The position numbers were made by a program, and so were the translations under genes. From the human T2T-CHM13v2.0 reference genome, Homo sapiens, in assembly GCF_009914755.1 (NCBI RefSeq), contig NC_060929.1: a stretch of DNA of 64,000 bases; one strand, written 5' to 3'. The notes under the pieces are model-generated. The model saw only the letters and a list, made by a program, of their open reading frames with translations. It ran no database searches and was not told where the DNA came from. Shown in pieces: positions 42,358 to 55,200 of this stretch (position 1 is its first letter; every line of letters begins with the position of its first letter).

Positions 42358-43063
42358 TCAATTCCCACCTGTGAGTGAGAATATGCGGTGTTTCTTTTTT
42401 TGTTCTTGCGATAGTTTACTGAGAATGATGATTTCCAATTTCATGCATGTCTCTACAAAGGACATGAACTCATCATTTTTTATGGCTGCATAGTATTCCA
42501 TGTTGTATATGTGCCACGTTTTCTTAATCCAGTCTATCATTGTTGGACATTTGGGTTGGTTCCAAGTCTTTGCTATTGTGAATAGTGCCGCAATAAACAT
42601 ACGTGTGCATGTGTCTTTATTAGCAGCATGATTTATAGTCTTTTGGGTATATACCCAGTAATGGGATGGCTGGGTCAAATGGTATTTCCAGTTCTAGATC
42701 CCTGAGGAATCGCCACACTGACTTCCACAATGGTTGAACTAGTTTACAGTCCTACCAACAGTGTAAAAGTGTTCCTCTTTCTCCACATCCTCTCCAGCAA
42801 CTGTTGTTTCCTGATTTCTTAATGATTGCCATTCTAACTGGTGTGAGATGGTATCTCATTGTGGTTTTGATAGGCATTTCTCTGATAGTGAGTGATGATG
42901 AGCATTTTTTCATGTGTTTTTTGGCTGTACAAATGTCTTCTTTGGAGAAGTGTCTGTTCATGTCCTTTGCCCACTTTTGAATGGGGCTGTTTGTTTTTTT
43001 CTTGTAAATTTGTTTGAGTTCATTGTAGATTCTGGATATTAGCCCTTTGTCAGATGTGTAAGT
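42358..43063 (-). pseudogene. Disrupted L1 ORF2 C-terminal fragment
   Basis: ORF-track pieces 42752-42961 (…[27 protein letters not shown]) and 42358-42678 (…CTRMFIAALFTIAKTWNQPKCP…GGN*) match the cysteine-rich ORF2 C-terminus. They are broken by a stop and a frameshift. Confidence 0.88.
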
Positions 43064-44720
43064 TTCTGTCTAGTTTTTATGTGGAGATATTTCGTTTTCC
43101 ACGATAGGCAACAAGGCGCTCAAAGTGAACACTTGCAGATTCTACAAAAAGTGTGTTTCAACACTGCTCTATCAAAAGAAAGGTTCAAGTCAGTGAGTTG
43201 AATGTACACATCACAAAGCAGTTTCTGAGAATGCTCCTGTGTAGTTTCTATGTGAAGATATGTCCTTTTCCATCTTAGGCCTCCAATCCCTCCAAATATA
43301 CACTTGCAGATCCTACAACAAGACTATCTCAAAACTGCTCTATCAAAAGAATGGTTCCAATCTGTGAGGTGAATGCACACATCACAAAGCTGTTTCTGAG
43401 AATGCTTCCATCTAGTTTTTATGTGAAGATATTTCCTTTTCCATCATAGGCCTCAAATCTCTCCTATTATCCTCTTGCTGATACTTCAAAAAGACTGTTT
43501 CAAAACTGCACTCTCAAAAGGAAGGTGCAACCCTGTGAGTTGAATGCACACATCACAAAGCAGTTTCTTACAATGCTTCTGTATAGTTTGTATGTGAAGA
43601 TATTTCCTTTTCCATCTTAGTCCTCAAATCTCTCCAAATATCCACTTTCAGATACTACAAAAACACTGTTTCAAAACTACTCTCTCACAAGGAAGGTTCA
43701 ACCCTGTGAGTTGAATGCACACATCACAAAGCAGTTTCTGAGAATGCTTCTGTCTACTTTGTATGTGAAGATATCCTGTTTACAATGAATTCCTCAAAGA
43801 GCTACAAATATCCACAAGCAGATCCTACAAGAGCATTGTTTCAAAACTGCTCTATCTAAAGAAAGTTTCAACCCTGTGAATTGAAAACACTCATCAAAAA
43901 GTAGTTTCTGAGAATGCTTCTGTCTTGTTTTTATGTGAGGATATTCCTTTTTCAACAGTAGACAACAAAGCGCTCCAAATGAACACTTGCACAGTCTACA
44001 AAAAGTGTGTTTCAACACTGCTCTATCAAAGGAAATGTTCAAGTCAGTGAGTTGAATGCACACATCACAAAGCAGTTTCTGAGAATGTTTCTGTCTAGTT
44101 TGTATGTGAAGATATTTCCTTTTCCATCTTTGGCCTTAAATCGCTCCAAATATCCACTTGCAGATAGTACAAAAAGACTGTTTCCAACATGATCTCACCA
44201 AGGGGAGGTTCAAATCTGTGCATTGAATGCACACATCACAAAGCAGTTTCTGAGAATGCTTTTGTCTGGTTTGTATGTGAAGATATCCCTTTTACAACGA
44301 ATTCCACAAATAGCTCCAAATATCCACAAGCAGATTCTACAAAAGCAGTGTTTCAAAACTGCTCTATCAAAAGAAAGGTTAAACTCTGTGAATTGAACAC
44401 ACACATCACAAAGGGGTTTCTGCAAATGCTTCTATCTAGTTTTTATATGAAGATATTTCTTTTTCCACCACTGGCAACAAAGCGCTCCAAATGAACACAT
44501 GCAGATTCTACAAAAAGTGTGTTTCAACACTGCTCTATCAAAAGAAAGGTTCAAGTCTGTGAGTTGAATTCACACATCACAAAGCAGTTTCTGAGAATCC
44601 TTTTGACTAGATTGTATGCAAAGATATCCCGTTTACAACGAAATCCTAAAAGAGCTCCAAATATCCACAAGCAGATTCTACAAAAGAAGCGTTTCAAAAC
44701 TGCTCTATCAAAAGAAAGAT
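43064..44720 (-). repeat. Alpha satellite layer 2, between L1 #1 and L1 #2
   Basis: Same monomer types. The satellite resumes in register at the right TSD (TTCTGTCTAGTTTTTATGTGG). Confidence 0.95.
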
Positions 44721-44809
44721 GTATACATATGTAACTAACCTGCACAATGTGCACATGTACCCTAAAACTTAGAGTATAATAAAAAAAAAAATTAAAAAAA
44801 AATTAAAAA
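44721..44809 (+). mobile_element. LINE-1 #2: extremely 5'-truncated L1HS-type insertion (~60 bp of 3'UTR plus poly(A))
   Basis: GTATACATATGTAACTAACCTGCACAATGTGCACATGTACCCTAAAACTTAGAGTATAAT is followed by an A-rich tail. An 11-bp TSD AAAAGAAAGAT lies at 44710-44720 and 44810-44820. CTTAGAG is the L1HS-diagnostic G form, whereas older L1PA copies have CTTAAAG. The subfamily call rests on one base. Confidence 0.9.
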
Positions 44810-47800
44810 AAAAGAAAGATTCAACTCTGTGAAATGAACACACACAACACAAAGGAGTTTCTGCGAATGCTTCTGTCTAGTTTTTATGTGAAGATATTTT
44901 CTTTTCCATCTTAGGCCTCAAATCACTCCAAATATCCACTTGGAGATACTACCAAAAGACTCTTGCAAAACTGATCTCTCAAAAGAAAGGTTCAACTCTG
45001 TGAGCTGAATGCACACATCACAAAGCAGTTTCTGAGAATGCTTCTGTCTAGTTTTAATTTGAAGATTTTTCCTATTCCACATTGCCTCACTTCGCTCCAA
45101 ATATCCACTTGCAGATACTACAAAAATATTGTTTCGAAACTGCTCTCTCAAAAGGAAGGTTCAACTTTGTGTGTTAAATGTTTCAATTCAGAGAGCACAC
45201 AAAGCAGTTTCTGAGAATGATTCTGTCTAGTTTGTATGTGAGGATATCCCGTTTACAACGAATTCTTCAAAGATCTCGGAGTATACACAAGCAGATTCTA
45301 CAAAAGCAGTGTTTCAAAATTGCTCTATCAAAAGAAAAATTCAAATCTGTGAATAGAACAGAAACATCACAAAGTTGTTTCTGAGAATGCTTCTGTCTAG
45401 TTTTTATGTGAAGATAATTCCTTTTCCACCATAGCCCCAAAGCGCTACAAATGAACACTTGCAGATGCTACAAAAGGTATGTGTCAACACTGCTTTATCA
45501 AAAGAAAGTTTCAACTCTGACAGTTGAATGCACTCATCGTAAAGAACTTTCTGAGAATGCTTCTGTATAGTTTTTATATGAAGATACCCGTTTCCAACGA
45601 ATTCCTCAAAGAGTTCCAAATATCCACAAACAGATTCTACAAAAGCATTGTTTCAATACTGCTCTATCGATAGATAGATTCAAATCCGTTAGCTGAATGC
45701 ACACATCTCAAATACTTTCCTGAGAATGCTTCTGTCTAATTTTTATGTGAAGATATTTCCATTTCCACCATAGGCTTCAAAGCCCTCCAAATGAACACTT
45801 GCAGATTCTACAAAAAGACTGTTTCAAAACTGCTGTATCGAAAGAAGGTTCCACTCTGGGAGGTGAATGCACACATTCTAAAGCAGTTTCAGAGAATGCT
45901 TTTGTCTAGTTTTTATGTGAAGATATTTCCTTTTCCAACTTAGACACCAAAGTGCTCCAAATGAACACTTGCAGATGCTACAAAAAGTGTGTCTCAACAG
46001 TGCTCTATCAAAAGAAAGGTTCAACTCAGTGAGTTGAATGCACACATAAACAGGAACTCTCTGAGAATGCCTCTGTCTAGTTTGTATGGGAAAATATCCC
46101 GTTTACAACGAATTCCTCAAAGAGCTCCAAATATCCACGAGCAGATACTGCAAAAGCAGTGTTTCAAAACTTCTCTAATGAAAGAAAGGTTCAACTCTGT
46201 GAATTGAACACACACATAACAAAGGAGTTTTGGAGAATGCTTCTGTCTAGTTTTTATGTGAAGATATTTCTTTTTGCAGTATAGGCAACAAAGCGCTCCA
46301 AATGAACGCTTGCAGAATCTACAAAAAGTGTGTTTCAACACTGCTCTATCAAAAAAAATGTTCAAGTCAGTGAGTTGAATGCACACATCACAAAGCAGTT
46401 TCTGAGAATGCTTCTGTCTAGTGTGTATGTGGAGATATTTCCTTTTCCATCTTAGGCCCCAAATCGCTCCAAATATCCACTTGCAGATATTACAAAAAGA
46501 CTGTTTAGAAATTGCTCTCTCAAAAGGAAGGTTCACCTCTGTGAGTTGAATGCACACATCACAAACTCGTTTCTGAGAATGCTTCTGCCTAGTTTGTATG
46601 TGAAGATATCCCGTTTATAACAAATTCCTCAAAGAGCTCCAAATATCCACAAGCAGATCCTACAAAAGCAGTGTTTCAAAACTGCTCTATCAAAAAAAAG
46701 TTCAACTCTGTGAATTGAACACACACATCACAAAGGAGTTTCTGAGAATGCTTCTGTCTAATTTGTATGTGAAGATATTTCCTTTTGCATCATAGGCCTC
46801 AAACCACACCAAATATCCACTTGCAGATACTGCAAGAAGACTGTTTCAAAACTGCTCTCTCAAAAGGAAGGTTCAACTCTGAGTGTTGAATGCACACATC
46901 CCAAAGCAGTTTCTGAGAATGCTTCTGTCTAGTTTGTATGTGAAGATATTCCGCTTACAAGTAATTCCTCAAAGAGCTCCAAATAACCACAAGCAGATTC
47001 TAGAAAAGCAGTGTTTCAAAACTCCTCTATCAAGAGAAAGGTTTAACTCTGTGAATTGAACACACACATCACAAAGTAGTTTCTGAGAATGCTTCCTTCT
47101 GGTTTTTATGTGAAGATATTTCCTTTTCCATCATAGGCCTCAAATCGCTCCAAATATCCACTTGCAGATACTACAAAAGACCGTTTCAACACTGCTCTCT
47201 CAAAAAGAAGGTTCAACTCTGTGAGTTGAATGCACATATCACAAAGCAGTTTCTGAGAATGCTTCTATCTAGTTTTTATGTGAAGATTTTTCCTATTCCA
47301 CATTGGCCTTAATTCGCTCCAAATATCCTCTTGCAGATACTACAAAAAGACGGTTTCAAAACTGCTCTCTCAAAAGGAACTTTCAACTCTGTGAGTTGAA
47401 TGTTTCAATTAACAGAGCACACAAAGCAGTTTCTGAGAATGATTCTGTCTAGTTTGTATGTGAGGATATCCCGTTTACAACATCATCCTCAAAGAGCTCC
47501 AATTATCCACAAGCAGATTCTACAAAAGCAGTGTTTCAAAATTGCTCTTTCAAAAGAAAGGTTCAACTCTGTGAATTAAACAGACACATCACAAAGTTTT
47601 TTCTGAGAATGCTTCTGTCTAGTTTTTATGTGAAGGTAACTCCTTTTCCACCATAGGCCCCAAAGTGCAACAAATGAACACTTGCAGATGCTACAAAAAG
47701 TGTGTTTCAACACTACTCTATCAAAAGAAAGTTTCAACTCAGTGAGGGGAATGCGCACATAAACAAGAACTCTCTGAGAATGCCTCTGTCTAGTTTGTAT

Positions 47801-48062
47801 GGGAAAATATCCCGTTTACAACGATTTCCTCAAAGAGCTCCAAATATCCACAAGCAGATTTTACAAAAGCAGTGTTTCAAAACTGCTCTAATAAAAGAAA
47901 GGTTCAACTCTGTGAATTGAACACACACATCACAAAGGAATTTCGGGGAATTCTTCTGTCTGGTTTTTATGTGAAGATATTTCTTTTTCCACCATAGGCA
48001 AGAAAGTGCTCCAAATGACCACTTGCAGATTCTACTGAAAGTACGTTTCAACACTGCTCTTT
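44810..48062 (-). repeat. Alpha satellite layer 2, between L1 #2 and L1 #3
   Basis: Same monomer types. The satellite resumes at AAAAGAAAGATTCAACTCTGTG. Confidence 0.95.
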
Positions 48063-49252
48063 TTTTTTTCTTTTTCTTTTTTTTTTTTAATTATACTTTA
48101 AGTTTTAGGGTACATGTGCACATTGTGCAGGTTAGTTACATATGTATACATGAGCCATGCTGGTGTGCTGCACCCACTAACTCGTCATCTAGCATTAGGT
48201 TTATTCCCTGATGCTATCCCTCCCCCCTCTCCCCACCCCACAACAGTCGACAGAGTGTGATATTCCCCTTCCTGTGTCCATGTGACCTCATTGTTCAATT
48301 CCCACCTATGAGTGACAATATGCGGTGTTTGGTTTTTTGTTCTTGTGATAGTTTACTGAGAATGATGATTTCCAATTTCATCCATGTCCCTACAAAGGAC
48401 ATGAACTCATCATTTTTTATGGCTGCATAGTATTCCATGGTGTATATGTGCCACATTTTCTTAATCCAGTCTATCATTGTTGGACATTTGGGTTGGTTCC
48501 AAGACTTTGCTATTGTGAATAATGCCACAATAAACATACGTGTGCATGTGTCTTTATAGCAGCATGATTCATAGTCTTTTGGGTATATACCCAGTAATTG
48601 GATGGCTGGGTCAAATGGTATTTCCAGTTCTAGATCCCTGAGGAATTGCCACACTGACTTCCACAATGGTTGAACTAGTTGACAGTCCCACCAACAGTGT
48701 AAAAGTGTTCCTATTTCTCCACATCCTTTCCAGCACCTGTTGTTTCCTGACTTTTTAATGATTGCCATTCTAACTGGTGTGAGATGGTATCTCATTGTGG
48801 TTTTGATTTGCATTTCTCTGATGACCAGTGATGATGAGCTTTTTTTCATGTGTTTTTTGGCTGCATAAATTACACCTTATACAAAAATCAATTCAAGATG
48901 GATTAAAGACTTAAACGTTAGACCTAAAACCATAAAAACCCTAGAAGAAAACCCAGGCATTACCATTCAGGACATAGGCATGGGCAAAGACTTCATGTCT
49001 AAAACACCAAAAGCAATGGCAACAAAAGACAAAACTGACAAATGGGATCTAATAAAAGTAAAGAGCTTCTGCATAGCAAAAGAAACTACCATCAGAGTGA
49101 ACAAGCAACCTAGAAAATGGGAGAAAATTTTCACAACCTACTCATCTGACAAAGGGCTAATATCCAGAATCTACAATGAACTCAAACAAATTTACAAGAA
49201 AAAAACAAAGAACCCCATCAAAAAGTGGGTGAAGGACATGAACAGACACTTC
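48063..49252 (-). mobile_element. LINE-1 #3: 5'-truncated, 5'-inverted (twin-primed), L1PA2/L1PA3-type
   Basis: Poly(T) at ~48061-48088 is followed by minus-strand 3'UTR and ORF2 to 48870, then plus-strand ORF2 from 48871 to ~49256. A 15-bp TSD TCAACACTGCTCTTT lies at 48048-48062 and 49253-49267. The GAG and CTTAAAG diagnostics indicate non-HS. Confidence 0.96.
48295..48870 (-). pseudogene. L1 ORF2 C-terminal fragment (non-inverted part), frame still open
   Basis: The 184-aa [21 protein letters not shown]…[18 protein letters not shown]…LSLIGGN* matches the ORF2 C-terminus. It lacks the promoter and the EN and RT domains. Confidence 0.9.
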
Positions 49253-49256
49253 TCAA
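48871..49256 (+). pseudogene. L1 ORF2 internal fragment (inverted part)
   Basis: [18 protein letters not shown]…[10 protein letters not shown] is the ORF2 segment immediately upstream of the minus-strand fragment. Confidence 0.9.
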
Positions 49257-52200
49257 CACTGCTCTTTCAAAAGAAAAGTTAAAGTCTGTCAGTTGAAAGC
49301 ACACATCACAAAGAATTTCCTGAGAATCCTTGAGTCTACTTTTTATGTGAAGATTCCCGTTTCCAATGAATTCCTCAAGGATTTCCAAATATCGACAAGC
49401 AGATTCTACAAAAGGAGTGTTTCAATACTGCTCTATCAAAAGACAGATTCAACATTGTTAGTTTTATGTACACATCGTGATGAAGTTCCTGAGAATGCTT
49501 CTGTCTAGTTTTTATGTGAAGATATTATATTTTCCACCTTAGGCCTCAAATCGCTCCAAAAATCCAATTGCAGATACTACAAAAAGACTGTTTCAAAACT
49601 GCTCTCTCAAAGGGAATTTTCAACTCTATGAGTTGAATGCACACATCACAAAGCAGTTTCTGAGGATGCTTCTGTCTAGTTTGTATGTGAAGATATTTCC
49701 TTTTTCATCATAGGCCTCAAATCGCACCAAATATCCACTTGCAGATACTACAAAAAGACTGTTTCGAAACTGCTCTCTCAAAAGGAAGGTTCAACTCTGT
49801 GGGTTGAATGCACACATCACAAAGCAGTTTCTGAGAATGCTTCTGTCTAGTTTGTATGTGAAGATATTTCCTATTCCACAATGGCCTCAATTAGCTCCAA
49901 ATATCCACTTCCAGATACTACAAAAAGACGGTTTCAAAACTGCTCTCTCAAAAGGAAGGTTCAACTCTGTGAGTTGAATGCACACATGACAAAGAAGTTT
50001 CTGACAATGCTTCTGTCTAGTGTGTATGTGAAGGTATCCCGTTTGCAACAAATTCCTCAAAGAACTCCAAATATCCACAAACAATTTCTACAAAAGCCAT
50101 GTTTCAAAATTGCTCTATCAAAAGAAAGGTTCAACTCTGTGAATTGAACAGACACATCACAAAGGTGTTTCTGAGAATGATTCTGTCTTGTTTTTATGTG
50201 AAGGTATTTCCTTTTCCACCATAGGCCCCAAAGCGCTACAAATGAACACTTGTAGATGCTACAAAAGGTATGTGTCAACACTGCTCTATCAAAAGAAAGG
50301 TTTAACTCTGTGAGTTGAATGCACTCATCACAAAGAACTTTCTGAGAATGCTTCTCTATAGTTTTTATATGAAGATAACCGTTTGCAAAGATTTCCTCAA
50401 AGAGTCCAAATATCCACAAGCAGATTCTACAAAAGGATTGTTTCAGTACTGCTCTATGAATAGAAAGATTCAAATCCGTTAGTGGAATGCACACATCTCA
50501 CATAATTTTCTGCGAATGCTTCTGCCTAGTTTTTATGTGAAGATATTTCCTTTTCCACCATAGGCTTCAAAGCACTCCAAATGAACACTTACAGATTCTA
50601 CAAAAAGACGGTTTCAAAACTGCTCTACCAAAAGCAGGGTTCCACTCTGTGAGGTGTATGCACACATCACAAACCAGTTTCTGAAAATGTTTCTGTCTAG
50701 TTTTTATGTGAAGATATTTCCTTTTCCAAAATGGGCCCCAAAGTGCACCAAATGAACATGTGCAGATGCTACAAAAAGTGTGTTTCAACACTACTCTATC
50801 AAAAGAAAGGTTCAACTCAGTAAGCTGAATGCACACATAAATAAGAACTTTCTGAGAATGCCTCTGTCCAGTTTGTATGTGAAAACATGCCGTTTACAAT
50901 GAATTCCTAAGAGTTCCAAATATCCAAAAGCAGATTCTACAAAAGCAGTGTTTCAAAACTGCTCTAATAAGAGAAAGGTTCAACTCTGTGAATTGAACAC
51001 ACACATCACAAAGGAGTTTCTGAGAATGGCTCTGTCCAGTTTTTATGTGAAGATATTTCTTTTTCCACCATAGGCAAAAAGCGCTCCAAACGAACACTTG
51101 CAGATTCTACAAAAAGTGTGTTTCAACACTGCTCTATCAAAAGAAAGTTTCAAATCTGTGTGTTGAATGCACACATCACAAAGAACTTTATGAGAAAGCT
51201 TGGGTATACTTTTTAATGTGAAGAGACCCGTTTCCAACGAGTTCCTCAAAAAGTTCCAAATATCCACAAGCAGATTATTCAAAAAGAGTGTTTCAATACT
51301 GCTGTATGAAAAGACAGATGCAACTCTGTTAGTTGAATGCAAACATCTCAATGAAGTTCATGAGAATGCTTCTGTCTATTTTTTATGTGAAGTCATTTCC
51401 TTTTCCACCATAGGCTTCAAAGCACTCCAAATGAACACTCTCAGATCCCACAAAAATACTGTTTCAAAACTGCTCTATCAAAATAAGGGTTCCACTCTGT
51501 GAGGTGAATGCTCATATCACAAAGCAGTTTCTGAGAATGCTTCTGTCTAGTTTTTATGTGAAGATATTTCCTTTTCCATAATAGGCCTCTAATCGCTCCA
51601 AATATCCACTTGCAGATACTAAAAAAAGATGGTTTCAAAACTTCTCTCTCAAAAGGAAGGTTCAACTCTGTGAGTTGAATGCACACATCACAAAGCAGTT
51701 TCTGAGAATGCTTCTGTCTAGTTTGTACGTGAAGATATTTCCTTTTCCATCATAGGCCTCAAATCGCTCCAAATATCCACCTGCAGATACTACAAAAAGA
51801 CTGTTACAAAACTGCTCTCTCAAAAGAAAGGTTCAATTCTGTGAGTTGAATGCACACATCACAAAGCAGTTTCTGAGAATGCTTCTGTCTAGTTTGTATG
51901 TGAAGATATTTCCTTTTCCACCATAGGCTTCAAAGCGATCCAAATGAACACTTGCAGGTCCAACAAAAAGACTGATTCAAAACTGCTCTATCAATAGAAT
52001 GGTTCCACTCCGTGAGGTGAATGCACACATCACAAAAGAGTTTTCGAGAATGCTTCTGTCTAGTTTGTATGTGAAGATACATCCTTTTCCTTCATATGCC
52101 TCAAATCGCTCCAAATATCCTCTTGCAAATAGTTCAAAAAGACTGTTTCAAAACTGCTCTCTCAAAAGGAAGGTTCAACTCTGTGAGTTGAATGCACACA

Positions 52201-55200
52201 TCACAAAGCAGTTTTTGAGAATGCTTCTGTCTAGTTTGTATGTGAAGATCTTCCCTTTTCCATCATAGGCGTCAAATCTCTCCAAATATCCACTTGCAGA
52301 TAATACAAAAAGACGCTTTGAAAACTACTCTCTCAAAAGGAATTTTCAATTCTGTGAGTTGAAGGCACACATCACAAAGAAATTTCTGACAAAGATTCTG
52401 TCAAGTTTGTATGTGAAGATATCCCTTTTACAACGAATTCATCAAATAGCTGCAAATATCCACAAGAAGATTCTACAAAAGAAATGTTTCAAAACTGCTC
52501 TATCAAAGGAATGGTTCCAGGCTGTAAGGAGAATGCACACATCACAAAGTAGTTTCTGAGAATGCTTCTGTATAGTTCTTATGGGAAAATATTTCTTTTC
52601 CATCTTAGGCCTCAAATCGCTCCAAATATCCACTTTCAGATACTACAAAAAGACTGTTTCAAAACTGCTCTCTGTAAAGGAAGGTCCAACTCTGTGAGTC
52701 GAATGCACACATCACAAAGCGATTGCTGAGAATGCTTTTGTCTACTTTGTATGTGAAGATATCCAGTTTAAAACGAATTCCTCAAAGAGCTCCAAATATC
52801 CACAAACAGATTTTACTAAAGCAGAGTTTCAAAACTGTTCTAACTAAAGAAAGTTTCAACCCAGTGAATTGAACAAAAACATCGCAAAGGAGTTCCTGAG
52901 AATGCTTCTGTCTAGTTTTTATGTGAAGATATTTACTTTTCCACCAAAGGCTTCAAAGCGCTGGAAATGAACACTGCAGATCCTATAAAAAGACTGTTTC
53001 AAAACTGCTCTATCAGAGGAATGGGTCCACTCTGTGAGGTGAATGCACACATCACAAAGCAGCTTCTGAGAATGCTTCCATCTAGTTTTTATGTGGAGAT
53101 ATTTCCTTATCCATTGCAGGCCTCAAATCGCTCCAAATATTCACTTGCAGATACTACCAAAAGACTGTTTCAAAATTGCTCTCTCAACAGGAAGGCTCAA
53201 CTCTGTGAGTTGAATGCACACATCACAAAGCAGTTTCTGAGAATGCTTCGGGCTAGTTTGTATGTGGAGATAATGCTTCGGTCTAGTTTGTATGTGGAGA
53301 CATTTCCTTTACCATCATAGGCCTCAAATCGCTCCAAATACCCTCTTGCAGATACTACAAATATAGTGCTTCTAAACCGCTTTCTCAAAAGGAAGGTTCA
53401 ACTCTGTGTGTTGAATGTACACATCACAAAGCAGTTTCTGACAATGATTCTGTCTAGTTTGTATTTGAAGATATTTCCTTTTCCATCATGAGGCTCAAAT
53501 CGCGCCAAATATCCACTTCAAGATACCACAAAAAGACTGTTTCAAAACTGCTCTCTCAAAAGGAGGGTTCAATTCTGTGAGTTGAATGCACACATCACAA
53601 AGCAGATTCTGAGAATGCTTCTGTCCAGTTTGTATGTGAAGGTATCCCGTTTACAAAGAATTCCTCCAAGAGCTCAAATTTCCACAAGCGGATTCTATAA
53701 AAGCAGTGTTTCAAAATTGCTCTATCAAAGGAAAGGTTCAACTCTGTGAATTGAACATACACTTCACAAAGGAGTTTCTGGGAATGCTTCTGTCTAGTTT
53801 TCATGTTAAGATATTTCTTTTTCCACCATAGGCTACAAAGCACTACAAATGAACACTTGCAGATTCTACAAAAAGGGTGTTTCAACACTTCTCTATCAAT
53901 AGAAAGTTTCAAGACTGTGAGTTGAATGCACACATTGCAAAGCAGTTTCTCAGTGTCCTTCTGTCTAGTTTGTATGTGAAGATATTTCCTCTTCTGTCTT
54001 CGGTCTCAAATCGCTCCAAGTATCCACTTGCAGATACTACAAAAAGACTGTTTCAAAACTGCTCTCTCAAAAGGAAGGTTCAACTCTGGGAGTTGAATGC
54101 ACACATCAAAGAGCTGTTTCTGAGAATTCTCCTGTCTTGCTTGTATATGATGATCTCCCATTAACAACGAATTCCTCAAAGATATCCATATATCCACAAG
54201 CAGATTCTAGAAAAGCAGTGTTTCAAAGCTGCTCTGTCAAAAGAAAGGTTCAACTCTGTGTATTGAACACACACATCACAAAGTAGTTTCTGAGAATGCT
54301 TCTGTCTAGTTTTCGTGTGAAGATATTTCTTTTTCCTCCATAGGCCACAAAGCGCTCCAAATGAACATTTGCAGATTCTACAAGAAGTGTGTTTCAGCAC
54401 TGCTCTATCAAAATAAATGTTCAAGTCCATGAGTTGAATGCACACATCACAAAGAACTTTCTGAGAATGCTTGGGTCTACTTTTTATGTGAAGATAACTG
54501 TTCCAAAAGAATTCCTCAAAGAGTTCCAAATATCCACAAGCAGATTCTACAAAAGGAGTGTTTCAATACTGCTCTATCAAAGGACAGATTCAATTCTGTT
54601 AGTTGAATGCCCACATCTCAATGAATTTCCTGAGAATGCTTCTGTGTAGTTTTTATGTGAAGATATTCCCTTTTCCACCATAGGCTTCAAAGCGCTCCAC
54701 ATGAACTCTTGCAGATCCTACAAAAAGACTGTTTCAAAACTGCTCTCTCAAAAGGAAGTTTCAACTCTGTGAGTAGAATGCACACATCACAAAGCAGATT
54801 CTGAGAATGCTTCTGTCTAGTTTGTATGTGAAGATATTTCCGTTTCCATCATTGGCCTCATATCGCTCCAAATATCCACTTTCAGACACTACAAAAAGAC
54901 TCTTTCAAAACTGCTCTCTCAAAGGAAGGTTCCACACTGTGATTTGAATGCACACATCACAAAGCCGTGTCTGAGAATGCTTTTGTCTAGTTTGTATGTG
55001 AAGATACCCCGTTTACAACGAATTCCACAAAGAGCTCCAAATATCGACAAGCAGATTCTACAAAAGCAGTGTTTCAAAGCTGCTCTAACAAAAGAAAGGT
55101 TCAACTCTCTGAATTGAACTCACACATCACAAAGGAGTTTCTGAGAATGCTTCTGTCTAGTTTTATGTGAAGGTATTTCTTTTTCCACCATATTCTACAA

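Larger units (their letters stand above)
42111..43063 (-). mobile_element. LINE-1 #1: 5'-truncated 3' end, L1PA2/L1PA3-type
   Basis: A T-rich tail is followed by the reverse complement of the L1 3'UTR (AGGGTACATGTGCACATTGTGCAGG...CCCACTAACTCGTCATCTAGC, the non-Ta GAG form) and then the ORF2 3' end. TSD TTCTGTCTAGTT lies at 42099-42110 and 43064-43075. Confidence 0.95.

Noticed and set aside
42180-42493. Plus-strand ORFs at 42180 and 42182 (similarly 48023-48211 and 44551-44754)
   Set aside because: These are antisense translations of the L1 3'UTR.
42111-49252. L1 #1 and L1 #3 as duplicates of one insertion
   Set aside because: They have different TSDs, different positions in the monomer and different 5' structures.
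48295-49282. Divergent pair of genes (184 aa on minus, 100 aa on plus)
   Set aside because: Both are pieces of one L1 ORF2 split by the twin-priming inversion. There is no promoter and no EN or RT domain.
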